The notes under the pieces were generated by a model that searched no databases, was not told the origin of the DNA, and saw only the letters and a program-made list of their open reading frames with translations. A stretch of DNA of 64,000 nt from Orbicella franksi (Eukaryota), in assembly GCA_964199315.1 (NCBI GenBank), contig OZ116702.1, positions 8,928,001 to 8,992,000 on the forward strand. The letters are read 5' to 3'. Position numbers and translations under genes: made by a program. Position 1 is the first letter of the stretch; every line of letters starts with the position of its first letter. This document shows positions 1 through 13,631 of this stretch, piece after piece.

Positions 1-3000
1 ATTTTTGCGAATTTCATAAGTGTGGTTTTCCAGTACATAAGTCATGAGTTGGTCAATCTGCTCTCCAGTGTACTTTCCTCGCTGTATGTCTGGAAACACC
101 ATTTGGCAGAGTAACTCAGTTGGCGTTAGAATCTTGACGTCTAAAAGAACTGCTAAAGTCTTGGAATCGTGCTCGGTAATGTCAATCAGCTCTCGCAGAG
201 GTGGAACCGGAAGAGAATCAGCAACCGTTGCACAAAGAACCTCCTCCTTTGATACGAACTTCTTGGACAGCGTCTGGAAAATGGGAAGCGAACACAGAAG
301 ATTGTACTCCGCTTGTCCCACAGATGACCGTCTCACACGGGCCAGAAATGACCTGAGGAGGTGCTTGTCGTTGGTAGATAACATCGTGCACACGATTTCT
401 GAAAACCTTCCAGCTGCTGCCATCTGGCTAGAGGAACACGCCATTGCTTGCAAAACGCCTTGTACAGAAGGTGAATGTACAAACGTCCCCAAGACAGCGG
501 GATGGTGTCTTAAATAGGCGGGAAAATCATTCATGATGATTAAACCAAGCTTCCTTAAAACATTCGTCAGTGAATCGTCTAGGCAATCATAACTTAGGGA
601 TTTGACAACAACTTTTGAAGGGCTGCAAAGTCGAACCAAGGTTACAGACGTTTGTGTCATGTCTAGTGGAATCAGAGGTAGTTTTCCAAGTCTCTGAATA
701 TCTTCCTCTGTGGTGAAATGTTCTTGAAGATATCTCCAGACAACCTTGATCCAGTCTCTTGGAGGATGGTTGTGATTACTGTCATCGGGGTACCACGGAA
801 CGGTATTACCCCTACTCCACTCAGGTGGTAGGGCCTCGCAAAGAAGAGATGGTACATCTTCCTCGCACAATAGCCGTAATTGCGTATCTTCTGTCAAACA
901 AACATAACAACATAGTGACGGTCTCCGTCGTAAAACACTTAATATTAGGACGTTTTTCACCATAATGTTGTTATGCCAACGGAAAAGAATTAAATGATAA
1001 ATACCGACATGCTTCAGTTGTCTTTGTTACAATTTTGGTAAGCTTATTCGTTGTAAGACCGTTCTGCTTTCCACTGTGCCATACGACTTATGAAAGGAAT
1101 GCCATTAACTACTTTAGATAGTAAAATAAAGAATAACCAATTGCTGGGTAAGATATAACCATACTCGTATCCAAAAAAACATTATACCTTGGTCAGCTGC
1201 ATCTTCCAGCTTCCTAATGACGTCCCCATCGACTGTGTCATCAATGAAACGGTGTCCTAGACCAGGAAAAAGTTCTCGGGGATGATGAGGCGAGCAAATA
1301 TAAATTTTCTCTCCCCGATATGAAAATGTTGTGAAGGCGCCATTGGAGAGGGGCAACAACTTCAAGCCGCAGAGTTCGTCAAATTTGCGGTCTTTAAGAC
1401 AAAACTGAAGAAGTAGTAGTTTCTCTCGTCTATTAAGGTTCTGGTAACAAGAAGGGACTTGCTTCAGTGCTGCTCTTGTGCCACTGGGTGTGATATTCTT
1501 TACAGAAGCCCCTGCATAGCACAAAATGGCGTCTGCGACATGACTCGGCACTGAGACGACAGGCACATCAGCTGCTAGTAACACTCGCTGAAGCAGCTCT
1601 TTAGGTTCATCTCTAGACAGCAGGTCAAAGACGACTTTCTGTACTGTCAGCCACTGACCAAGATGTGCTGGGGTATAAACAACTTTTTTCTGCAGTAGCA
1701 GGGTAAACAATGGTTCTTTTATCTTCTCCCACTTTGGGTCAATGGAGCTGATATCTGGCCATGCCCTGCAAGAAACAAATAAGCGTAACACTTCATCAGA
1801 TTCCTGGTTTCGATACCAGTATAGCAAGCAATGCTCTTTCCAATATATACTACAGCCTTGTAGACATTTTTGAAAATACATCATTTCTAAGCGCAATTTC
1901 CGCCGCTCTCTCAGCTCTCGTGGGTTCAGAGAACAGCGCCTGCAAATCAAGCCTAATTAAATTGTGAAAAAGAGAACTTCGATGCACTACATACTCCGTG
2001 TTTGAATAAAATAACGTTTTTCAACAAGTCTGGATTACTGCCACACGTCAAATAGTTCCACAAACTACGCTTCGTGGAAAGAACATGGGTACAAAAATAC
2101 TTAAGACATGTCATGTGCTTTCAACCAGGGATGACTTCTGAGCATAGAATTAACAATCTATAACTCACGTGAAAGCACGTTTCAGGACCAGCAACAACAA
2201 ATATTTCACTGTTGGAGATATATTTATCCAAGCGCAAGACAGTTATTAACCGAGTCACTGCCCTGAAAAAATGACACTTACTTGAAGATGGCTGTCTTTG
2301 GTACGAAAAATGATTTCTCGTTAATGGCTTCCAAAATCATCGTGGTATACGCTCTGGGTATGGCTTCCCCGAGAAGATACCTGTTCCATAGTAACGACTT
2401 GTCCGTCAGCTGCCGACCACAGGTCTCCCGATCCTCTTGATCCGCATTTGGAGATTTGATATAACGCCTGTTCTGACTCAAAGCAAAGAAGCCGTTAACG
2501 TGCACTGGCAAACCTGTCAAGCTCCTCTTTTGCACCGGCAGAGGCAAGAAGCAAAACACGTGGCCTTTGATGTCGGGCATTTGCAGTTTCGGACCTGTTG
2601 GCAGTGCCATGGCGACACCTACCATAGGTAGATAGTTAAGCTCTTTATCTGTCATCAGCCTCTTAAACCCCATAGAAACCTCCCCTCCACAAAAGTAATT
2701 GGTAACTAGGAAAGAATGCTGCTTCACGTGCGAGCCTAACTTTACTGTCTCTATCGTGACAGGGTAGGTTACAGTGACAGATTCCATCATCACTTTTCCA
2801 GGTTTGAACTTTGAGAGAAACTCCTTTCTCTTCCCTCGAACTATTTGGAGACTTTGATCGGCGATTCTCACTTGAAAGGTCCTTTCAGGATCAGACTCTG
2901 ATTCTTCTCTAACATACAGCTCGATCGATTCAAGGTGTTGAAGAAACAGGAGAACCAAGTGAGCGTCAGCCTCAAAACTTTCAAACAGTGTATCCATCTT

Positions 3001-5829
3001 CTCAGCAGAGTAGAGTGTTTGTGACAACTCGGATGGTCTGGTCCTGAAAGGGAAACGGAACAAGGTGCCATCGTAAAATCCCTGGGAAAAAACATCTTCC
3101 GTACAGTCAAAGATTCCCTTGTAAGGAAGGAACTGGTCTGGTATTTCGTCCATCTCTGCGCGATCTTCATTGAGTCGCCAGTGCTTTCCTGTTCTTCTGT
3201 GGCGCTTGTCAGAAAAGTGAACACCATGAGGGTCAATGAAGCCAATTTGGGAATCACTGAGTAAACTTGGTAAATCTGAGATAGAAGAGCAACACAAACA
3301 TAACTAAGAGGACCACTATGGTGTGAAGGACTTTCTTTTAAGTAACGGAATATTGAATTCAATCTTGAAACAATTGTTTCACTTTTCTAAACAAAATAGG
3401 CCAATTTAATTAACTAAAAAAAGACAAGAATTGTAAAGGTTATTTTGCAGCTGTGTTGGAAATTCACCAGGTTCAACAAAAAAATGTGAGTCTTTAAGCA
3501 GGCTCTCAGCTTCAGTTATGATTAAGAGGGCGCATACGTGTAGACCTAGTTGTTACTCTGTGAACCTTAGATTTTCTGTGATTTCATATCACTGGATGAT
3601 TTTTAGTATGGCGTTCAAAAAATTTGGTCGTAGATCTCTGAAAAATTTTTTGCGTTAAGTAGGTTTGAAATGTAAATCTTTTAGTCCCGGTCCAAAACGC
3701 CGTTCCACTCATGTGCCGAACCAAGCTTGATTAAGTTTTGCTTTAGAGCGACTTTGGAGCGACGGCTGGTTCAGACGGCGTACTTGCGTCGAACTTAATT
3801 CGGGAAGCCATTGGTGACAATTTTCGACGAGAGAATATGCGTTCTGAATTCAAGAACTCTATCCAAATAGAAAAATTGTCACTAACATTTCGCTGTTATA
3901 GCAGTATTTAGGGAAGCAAATTCAAACTCTAGGTTCAGTATTTAGGCAGGTTTTCTCCTGGTTAATTCGACTTGTTAAAGGGAAATCTCATAAGCTGGGC
4001 TATTATCACGAAGAAAAACCAAAAAATGAATTTGCCCTAAAGAAACTCGCTTAAGATTGTACTGGAGATGCATGTACCTGTCATGTGAAATACAGACTTG
4101 AATCCAAGACCAAAACGGCCGACTTTCATTGGATCTTCCACTTTGATGCTATCACAGACCAGTCGAATACCCCTCCAGTCTTCTCTTGTAAACCGTGCGT
4201 TGTTGTAAGCGTAAAGCGCTGGGCCCTGTTTGAACATTTCAATAAAATATATATTAGGAAGGCTTCTGTGGAACTAGGAAGAGATTTGTGTCTTTTTGTA
4301 GCGTCCCCAAACGCAACTTGTTGAGTCATGTCAACTATAACAGTATGCCGTACATATTTGTAGATTTTCCCCTTACCTTATCAAACAACATCAGAGAAAA
4401 TTTAGGCTTTTTAAGCATTATATATGTCTACGTATCTATAGTTTCTCCAAAATAAAATTGGACGGATGCACATTTTTCTGCTTAAAGATCTGTTTGTCAG
4501 ACATAAACGGAAAGCATATTCTTCCGTTCAGGAAAGTGCCAAGGACACGTTCCTGTGCATGACATTGAAAACCCAAAAACCCAAAGGCTTTGACCATTAA
4601 ATTAGAAGAAACCCTAAGTATTATGCCCTAGCTTTGTCAAAAATTACCGTGAAACTAAATTGAGCTGTCATTGTGAGTTATCCATTTATAGGGATTTTGG
4701 ATTTTACCACAATAATCACTCTGTCTTGAACAATTCAGTGAGTTTCTTCTACGTAGTGTTAGCTGCGCATTTTAAATTTTGCGAATTTGCAACGTTACTA
4801 AGTCATAATTTTGGTTCGTTTCGATCAAAAATGAGACAAAACCATGTGTTCACCTGAAATTGTGCGAGGTCCTCATCAAAAAGATGTTCTGTGTCATGGC
4901 TGTGTTTGTCGTGCAAGAACTTCACTCGACTGGCATTTGCATCCTCAGCATTTTGAATCAGTTCCTAGACACGAGAGGCGTGAGAGATAAACAATCGCAA
5001 AAATACATATACTAACACAGGAAAATCTTTAACATCTAACGCCAAAGTGTATAAATTTCTGATATACAGACTGTTAGAAAAATAAACGAAGAGTTCTCGT
5101 ACAGAGCCTCGCTGGTTTTTATTACCGATGAATGTGAAGTTGACGTTGTAATTCAGTTCTTAATTGATCCACGGTAGTCCAGTTCGCTATGTGTTGTACT
5201 GTTAGCTACTGTTTGGCAGAAGGATTATATCGTGATATTTGCAAACCTTACTATAGCAGGCAGAAGGAAGGAAATTTTGCTTCCCTGCAATCTGGGCGAT
5301 TTTTGCACAAAAGTAATGTGCTTTACCTTCAGTATCTGTCCATCATCAGGATACTGATCTAGGATGGACCTCAACTGTTGGATCAGTGATGGCTGAATCA
5401 AGTCAAACCCATCGTCATCATTGTTCGCTGAGCAACAAATTAAAGAAACAAACATTAGAGGTAAGTTTCAAATAAGCCAAACACAAAGAGCTGGCCTAAG
5501 AAATATCGGAACTACTATAATTTCCCTCCCGATGGATTGAGGCTTTAAGTTACTTGCAGACAAGAATGTCACTTCAGTTTACATTTCTGATTATCTGATA
5601 ATTCTGGTACATTAGGACTTAAACATGCACCACATGGACTATGGATTGACGAAAGACGTCTCTATAACCTACGCGTAGGCACTAATTCCTGAAAGCTATC
5701 ATTTAAGAATGCTTCCTTACGCGAGTTATTGAAAACGGTCCCAAAATATGGAAAACTAAAAATGAAAGACCCCAACGTTTCTTACTGAAGTCGTTGTTCA
5801 TTTACATGGCATGAGTTATACCTACCCAT
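1..5829 (-). CDS. SACS: Sacsin-like gene, copy 1, 5' part (runs off the left edge). Exons: 5826-5829 (ATG G, inferred), 5327-5427, 4854-4964, 4078-4225, 2282-3275, 1188-1765, <1-890
   Basis: GT-AG exons with compatible phases and the same lengths as copy 3 (101, 111, 148, 994, 578 nt). They encode the SRR1 Hsp90-like motifs [12 protein letters not shown] and [14 protein letters not shown], plus [10 protein letters not shown] and [10 protein letters not shown]. The frame of 1-890 is open and matches the start of the copy 3 giant exon. Exon 1 is inferred from phase and a conserved ATGG|GTAGGT. Confidence 0.9.
3684..4053. mobile_element. Truncated PIF/Harbinger-like MITE in intron 4 of copy 1
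   Basis: Starts TTA|GTCCCGGTCCAAAACGCC at the same site as the full element at 18349-19083. The right half is deleted (403 bp in copy 2 coordinates) at a TTA microhomology. Confidence 0.8.
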
Positions 5830-5932
5830 GAGCAAGATTTCAGATTTTCTTCAAATGGCTTCTTGCTGTTCCTTCACCTGATAATCACCTTAATGAGAGA
5901 ACAATTAAGAATTAAAATCAGCGCGCTTTGGA

Positions 5933-7060
5933 GGGATGTTACTAAAACGGGAACTGGGAACCGGGAACCGGGAACGGGAGTCTGGGAACGAGTGTACAGC
6001 AGTAACCCGCCTGAGAATTTAAAATGGCGGACAAAGGAAAAGAAAAGGGAATAATTTGGGTGTGATACGGTTGTAAACGTGATTTTCTACCGGCTGTGCC
6101 TTAGATCATGTGACCAGTACCTTCTTCTTAGAGCAGAGTCCGACCGATATTGGGATAAACAATATCGTAAATATTCTTTTTCTTTGACCATCGCAGCTTT
6201 ATAAGAAGTAAATGGCGTCTGGGGAGAAAATCGAATTGGTATTATTACCGATGATCAAAGCATGAAATGGCGCCTGGGAAGAAAATCGAATGGATTTTAT
6301 CACATGCTACTCCAATCGGTCAGACTAAAGTCGTTCTTAAATAGAATTTCAAGCCTTCACAGTGTTGTCATATCTTCTCACTCTGTGCGCGAACTGTCAT
6401 ATCAATGTTTAAAAATAGCAACACGCAACATGACTGATCGCGGACAAGTGACATAACACAAGACCATCTTTGAACGTGCGTCGTCTGCTCTCTTCGCATT
6501 CGGCAGCATAGCGGTCCTTCGGAGATCGGCGATTCAGCTGGCAAATCAGGTAAGCAGCAGATAAATAACCTGTAGCCTGGCCGGTTTGTTTAAGACAAAA
6601 TGTACGAAGAAACAAGCATGGAATATTCCACAATAATGCTAATCAGTTGGTGAAAGATGACCGCGGAAGAGTGGAAAAGTATGTTTTTAGACGACATTTT
6701 GTCACGTATCAGACGAGAAGCAGTCTTTATTCTCAGTCTGCGGTTTGTACCTAGACTGCAGTCCGCAGTCTACATTTTGTACCTAATCTGCATTTTGTTC
6801 CCGGTCTGCAGACTGCAGTCTGCATTTTGTACTGACCGATTGGGGTAGCATGTGATAATACCGATTCCATTTTCTCCCAAGGCCCCATTTCATGCTTTGT
6901 TTATCCAGTACCAATCGGACTCTGCTCTAACAAGAACGTACTGGTCAACTGAGGGCATAGCCGGTAGAAACTCACATTTCATGTTGAAATGTTTAGGCTG
7001 GCCTTGTCCAACCGCATTTATTCTTTTGCTTTTCGAGACACCAATCTTGACACTTTGTCT
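5933..7060. mobile_element. Composite non-autonomous transposon/MITE remnants inserted immediately upstream of copy 1 exon 1
   Basis: Homology to copies 2 and 3 stops abruptly at CTTTGGAG|GGATGTTACT (5932/5933). Imperfect inverted repeats lie at about 6070-6245 and 6850-6985 (GACCAGTAC..TTAGAGCAGAGTCCGA versus its reverse complement). A CTGCAGTC-type short repeat tract lies at about 6735-6830. The right boundary is approximate. Confidence 0.5.
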
Positions 7061-7202
7061 CCTTGCGCCCCGAAACACGTGATGTGGCAACGCGTGTTTC
7101 GGGGCGCAAGTGAGCTCAAAGTACGGAACTTGATATAGTGCACGGGTCATTTTCGAATCTATGTGCGTTGGCTGTTAGGCTGGCGTTACATATCTTCGCT
7201 AC

Positions 7203-7247
7203 ACAGTGCTGACGAGCCCCAAGAAGGGCGAAACAGCTTTCCACTGT
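7203..7247 (+). ncRNA. Minimal type I hammerhead ribozyme motif (Penelope-like element/retrozyme type), probably impaired
   Basis: Stem I ACAGTG/CACTGT, core CTGACGA, stem II GCCC-caagaa-GGGC, then GAAA, CAGCT and the triplet TTC in place of the usual GTC. Confidence 0.8.
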
Positions 7248-7419
7248 TGCGATCCTACTTTATCGGTTCTTGTCACGTTGGTGTCTCGAAACGTTTTTCA
7301 CGTAGTATCAGCCTTGCAGTCTACTGCTTTTATTCCACGAGCGCGCCTTGAATACAAGATGACATATACCCAACAAGGGTGTGTAGCGCCAAGTTGGCGC
7401 TAACCATCCTAAAGCCAAC

Positions 7420-7690
7420 AAGCGCGAGTTACTAAAAAACGCCCCCAAAATATACAAAACTAAAAATGAAAGATCCAGATTTCTTACTGAAGTCAGTGCT
7501 CAGTTATATTGTATAATTTATACCTACCCATGAATAAGATTTCAGATTTTCTTCAAATAGCTACTTGCTCTTTCTTCACCTTGCAATCATCTAAACAAGA
7601 CGACAAGAAAAGGGTGATTAGCATTGAATAGGAAATGCAAGAACGGCATTTGCAAAATTAGCGCGCTTTGGAGCCATATTATATATCCAA
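7420..7690 (-). other. Second, diverged copy of sacsin-like exon 1 and its surroundings (ATG G|GTAGGT at 7531-7522)
   Basis: Colinear homology with 5720-5932, 20800-21000 and 51200-51410. ATG and donor site are retained. Confidence 0.6.
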
Positions 7691-10600
7691 GCACTGCATA
7701 TTTAAAAGCTGCGTAAACAGGGTGTTATTAAACAGAGGAAGAATAATATGAGATCTACTTGACAATTTCTGCTATTACCCAGTCTCCTTAAGATGGTCGT
7801 CTACATCGCAAGAGAACAGAAACGCCGACCCAACTGGGAAGAGCTCGAACACATGATTAAACGTAATTTTAGTGGTTTGCTGGAAGATGATTTCGACCCC
7901 GTTAGGATCACCATGAGGCATGTTGGATTCCCATCTGAATATTACCAGGTAAAGATATTTGAAAATATTTGTGGAAAAAAAAAAAACGAGCACTAGAACA
8001 CTAACATAACTGTGACTTCTTAGTATTGTTAGTTCAGTCCCGAAGCGGCTAAATTGTGACATACTTTACAACTCGATACCAAGCTGAAGGAAGGAAACGT
8101 ATAGTATATCATTTTTTTTTTTCTTTCTTACGTCGAAGTTTTCAAAATTATACGCAAAGTGGCTTAAGTATAAAACTCTAAAATTTAAAAGAGGCCAATG
8201 TCCCAGACTATTGGGGTGGATCACGGCGGAAAGGTTTCGCAACCTGAAATTTGATACTATACATGACATCTTCGTCAGTTCGTGGAAAGGAAATCTATCA
8301 CCTGTCAGTCGTAATGTTCGAATAACTTAATTTTGTCTTCAGAGCAGACCTCAACTTACGATAATAATGGGAAAAGTGAAGAAAGAAGTCTTTTCGGCTG
8401 TTTCCAGCGTTATGATTTTGGGAATTAAGGTTACTGTATACCTTCAAAGGTGTCTCGCGTCCAAGTTATGAAGCGCGTCCGGTTTAAACTGTAGATACCC
8501 AAACCCCTATATCAAATTAAAGCTTATGGGGCTGGCTATCAAATGTACCGAGCATTTTGAAACAAAATAAATTGTCGAATTTTGCATAACCACTGAATGC
8601 GAGCGTCCGAATCACCTTTTGAAAGCTACAAGTCAAAGTGAATTTTGTTTTCCGCCAATCTAATTCTTTCCTTGGTTTCAATACACCACGCGATAAAAAA
8701 ACGCGTCTGCGTTTTGCCATATTCAATTGCAGCAAAAAAAGTACAGAACATTTTCGAAATAGAATTCAGACACAATTTCTTTGGTTCCTATGTTTAACTA
8801 ACAACTGTCCAAATTTGTGTGAAATCAAACGAATTCCTGTGTACCAAATTCGTGACATCCGTATAGGTAATTCCCGCGAAAGTAGTCTCGGTTTTAATTG
8901 CATACACACCATAGGGCTGTTATTCTGGAGTGAAACTTCTACCTTCGGCGAAATTAAAACATAACACCGCCGTTTCTCCGCCAATATTTCGTCTTTTTCA
9001 ATCTTTTTTTTTTTTTTCTCAGAAATTAGAGATTTCTCTTCCACAGTTACTTTGACCCATAAATCCAATAAATCTGAAGGTATATGGACTTAATCCGTAC
9101 GTGAAATTTTAAAATACGCCGCTTAAGAGCGTGGTATTGATGAAATTATAATACAGACTTCACGATGGGCTGAACTACAATCAAAACGAGTTCCAAGTAG
9201 CTATGCTCGTTCTTTCGTTTAGTTCAAAACATTAAGTATAGAGCGTTTTCATGGCGCCCTGGTTGCTATTCTGAAACAATGGGAAATGTTTGTATGAGAA
9301 ACTAACGCCATGCAACATGCTAAATATGGCTGCCGTGACATCAGGCTCAACTCCGCAATTTTAATTCAGCGCTGTCATAGCTAGTAGTTACTGACTATGG
9401 CGCTGTTTTGAACTCGCCATTGATAAAACGAATTAGTTAAATGAATCCGCCAACGTCATTTAGCAATCGAATGAAATAATTCCACCCATTGCATGGTTCT
9501 TGAACAAATGATATTAAAATATTGATTCGACTCATGGCAGGAAATGCCGGAAGACCGTTCCGGCGATAAGCAATAAACCGGAGTGCCGAAACCTTTTCCC
9601 AAACAGGAGAGCGTACAAAAGCATACAAAGCAAAGTATTATCACAACAGAATTTCGTTTTACCTTGAAAGTCGAGAATGTAGCAACAAGAAAGGGTTTTT
9701 AGCAGAACTTCCGTGTCAGTCTGCACCAACAATTCAGCTGCTTTCATGCGAACCGAGTATTCCTTCACTCGTCACGCTTTGTTACGTCATTTGCACGTGA
9801 AAAGGGTGCCTGGCCGGCATCTATATTCAATATGATTTGTCCTTGGCCTTTTAGCCTCAAGTTTAAAAATTTACGTGTTTATCCAATAAATAGTAAAAGT
9901 GGTCTTTGAACCCTTTTTGATAGCATATAGCAAACTACAGACGCCTGCGTGACTTAATTAATAGAGCATTGCGAGATCGTCCAAAGTCCATTGAAGTTTG
10001 CCGGGCTCCATAACTATTCGTCTCTAAACTGTACATATGAAAACTCAGAACACAAAGATCGAATTCTTTACGAAAACAAAAATGCCGTACACGCTAGTAA
10101 GCTGTCTAATTTTAAGAGTTACAACTTACTTTTCTGTCGAAGTGCATGCAAAAGTTTCGCAGGGGTATTGTAATTATTCCACACGTCTGTGTCTCTTCAA
10201 TACATGCGTCCTGTATATTTTGGGCAGGTGAAAATAATGTTTGTGTTACACTCTGTGACCCACTCCCAAAGATCTCCTACTTTATTCCACTTTCAAATAC
10301 TCCTAATTGTAGTTTCTGCGTTTTAAAAAGTCTTAGGAAAACGGCTCCTGACACCCTCACGTGTCGTGCGAAAATGGCTTCAAAGATATCATGGAAGATT
10401 CTTGAATTTGTTTATTTTCTCTTTCCCAGAAAACAAATTCATTTGCATGACAACAGCAATTTGAATATGAAATGTGAATATCAAATGTGACAGTCGTGTC
10501 ACACAACAAACCCTTAAACATCAGGCCCTTGCATACACTGAAATTATAAACAAAATTCTGGAATCTGATTGGTTACCAGAACTCCCTATTTTTAACCAAA

Positions 10601-13600
10601 TGCAAGAGCGTGACCAGATAAGGAGTTCAATAATAACAAAGTGTCAAATAACAAGCGCTTTACATAGTATTTCCTCCCTTACACTGAGAACTCACGATCA
10701 GAGTCTCTACATTCAATAAACCGTTTAGAAATGGCTTTCTCCCGGTGAATTTTTTCATCGAAATTATAAATCGTAAACAGGCTTCGCTTTGTCGTGACAG
10801 CGTTTCTCTCGAATTTGTATGAAAGTTATGATTAGTTAATTGATGCAAACAGGACGTCGTGTCGTCCAATTCTGTCTGTAATTATATTTGTGATGGAAAA
10901 AAATTTGTTATCACTCGTATGATTACAGTCCGAATTGGACTTCACTCGGTGCTATTAACATTACGTACTGTTCCCGCTTCGCAAAAAGTTGAATGACTGA
11001 CGGATTTCTGAACTTCGTTGTTTCAGTTACAAGACATACATATCCCATGATGACCAAAATCTAATTTAGAACTAGTAATAATTATATCTATCACTTTCAT
11101 TAAGTGCTCGAGGTTTCTACGAAGTTAAAGTCGATGAATGTTCAGTAGAATTCAAGTTAAATTTCTTTCAAACAACAATTTTCAACTATTCCGGCCACAG
11201 TTCGGTATTATCACGCTTCACCGTTGAATTAATTACAGCTGTAGCTAGCTGTGTAACCAACCTCAACTCATTCAACAATTTTTGAGCTTTTCAGCTGTCG
11301 TAAAGGTGAATGTCCCTGTTTTTCTCTTCTCCAGATTTGAAACATCCAATAACATTTGTGAAAATTTGTGAAACGTCGGAGAAACAAGAAAAATGTTGCC
11401 ATTTTGTTGACCACCTCAAGCTAGTCTGTATACTTATGGATTGCAGACTGTAACATAAGCAGTTAGTATACCAATAAAACAGCTTTTACCGACACGAATA
11501 CCCACACTTGAATATACATGTACTTCATAGCCGCAAGTGGCTTGAATCAAGAACTGATCTTTTCTTATGTTGATCTGATCCAAGATTTTACTGCCGCTCA
11601 CTCACAAGGGCAAAAATCACCTTCAAAAATACTACTACAATAAAAAAAAAAATACTTCCTTCAGTTATGTCCTTGACATTTACTGCATGAGAAAACATGC
11701 TTTGATAGTTTTTCACCGCGTTCGAAGACTTAGCATGCTTCTGACATAATGAAAATGAAGGTTCAAAGATTAAGGACATCTTATCTCAACCATACCGGCC
11801 ATAATTCATCCGATCTACTTCTTATAAACAACTACTTCTATATGTAAGAGTACATATCCTTAAATTATACATTTAAAGTAAAAGGTCAAGCTTGCAAAAC
11901 ATTTATTTCGGGGAGGCTTTCCTACATGTAGTTGCTATGTCTCGTATTTACTCAGTTGATTCATAGAGACTTCCTTTGTTCCCATCGTTACATAGCATAT
12001 TTCAAAATGTTCAGGTAATCTCGGTTACATTTTAATGTATATCAAGGTTGGAGGTCTCCAGCTTACCTGGCGAAATTAAAAAAGAAAAACTTCAAGATAT
12101 TACTACTATTTGAAACATTTATGCAAGACGGCCAGTGAGTAGCATTTAGGACAAAAAAGAAAAATAGTATTTAAGTATAAAAGTTTTCAACAAATTCTTT
12201 GTTTGAGTATTTACCTGTGTGCTAAAATGAGACTCTATTTAAGTCGAATAGCTCGTTCGTTTACTGCATGATCAGCTATTCAAAACAAGTAAATTGAGAT
12301 ACGACAATGGACGTCATTTTATTTCTCTGAGTCACAATTTTATTCATTCCGTCCTAACAGACATTCATCAGCTATTCAATGATCCAGTGGCACATCTGCA
12401 GTTCGATGACACATTTTCTAAGCATTTTTTAAAACCATGATGTCGTACTTTAATTCAAAAAGAATGATAAATACCTGGCAAGTAAGACAGGGTTCAGTTA
12501 CGGATTTCAATATTACATAAAGAGCTTTATAGTTTTCCAAGCACGACTGCAGTACTCGATCGGTTGCTGGTAAATAAGTTAAAACAGCGAATACCAAACG
12601 AGCTCGGTGTCACGATTCTCAGAAAACGTTTTAGCGATCATTCAGTCTAGAAGCTGAAGTTGTTTTGGTTTATTGTTTTGTTTATCAGTCTTCAGTAAAG
12701 AAAAAATACTAAGCGCTCTCTGAAATTGACTGCGATCGCCAAGCTACTTATTCAAATTCACTTCACAGAATTTCATACCCGATGGAATACGACCCCGTTC
12801 CTGTAATCATTTCCCGCTGTCAAGGCGTTCGCCCATTGGAAAAAAAAGAGACTGTAACCGCAAATATCACGGTCCATTTTGTGCAACTTGTCCGTGCTTT
12901 GTAACTCATTTCGACGACCGTCGATAAAACGTAAATTTATCGTAACACCTTTGGACTGTTCATGTACAATTTTTGATAAGAGAAAGCTGAGAATTGTGGA
13001 TGAATGACTTGAGAGAATACTTCATAACAGACCCGAATATGGCGTCAGATTAGGGAATGTTTTACGTACAGTTTTAATGTATCGTGTACCTACTCAGTCG
13101 TACCAAACCCTAAGAAAACATGCTTTCGTGGCACTAGATGACTCTAAAGCTGTTGTTTTCACATGCCTGGATAACTAGTCACTAATTTCTTTCGATCTTC
13201 TTATCCTTTAACGAGTTCCAAACGAAATCATGATATTAAAATGAGGTGTGACATTATTGTGGACCGTATTTTCTTCGCACCCCGATAGAGCGCCTAAAAT
13301 TGATAGTGTTCCGGATGGGGTTAATACGTTTAAATATTGCTGAAGGAGATGGAAACTCATTTATATTGCAAAACATGTTGTGATTTTGCAGTTCAGTCTC
13401 AACTCCCAAAACAGATCGTACCAATTTCCGAGCAATTTCCCATATTAAATGTTTTCCCTTCCTACAAAAAAATCAAATAAACCGATTTACTGCTAACCAG
13501 GATTTTACAATATATATGAGATTCTGAAAGATTTTCTCACCTCTTTCTTGGTTTCAAACCAACGCTTTTGTAGAAGTATTCGCTTCACCAAACTGCGAAG

Positions 13601-13631
13601 GGACAGCAGAAATATGAATTAACAGATCCCT

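Noticed and set aside
44-517. Plus-strand ORFs opposite sacsin exons (44-517, 45852-46322, 40419-40877, 39215-39577, 62523-62867 and others)
   Set aside because: These are antisense shadows of the long minus-strand coding frame, and their recurrence simply follows the gene duplication.
10545-10965. Block shared at orthologous positions (about 25165-25545, 53155-53545, 55851-56230) as a conserved ncRNA
   Set aside because: It looks like an old interspersed-repeat insertion predating the duplications, is freely diverging with indels, and shows no conserved fold that I can identify.
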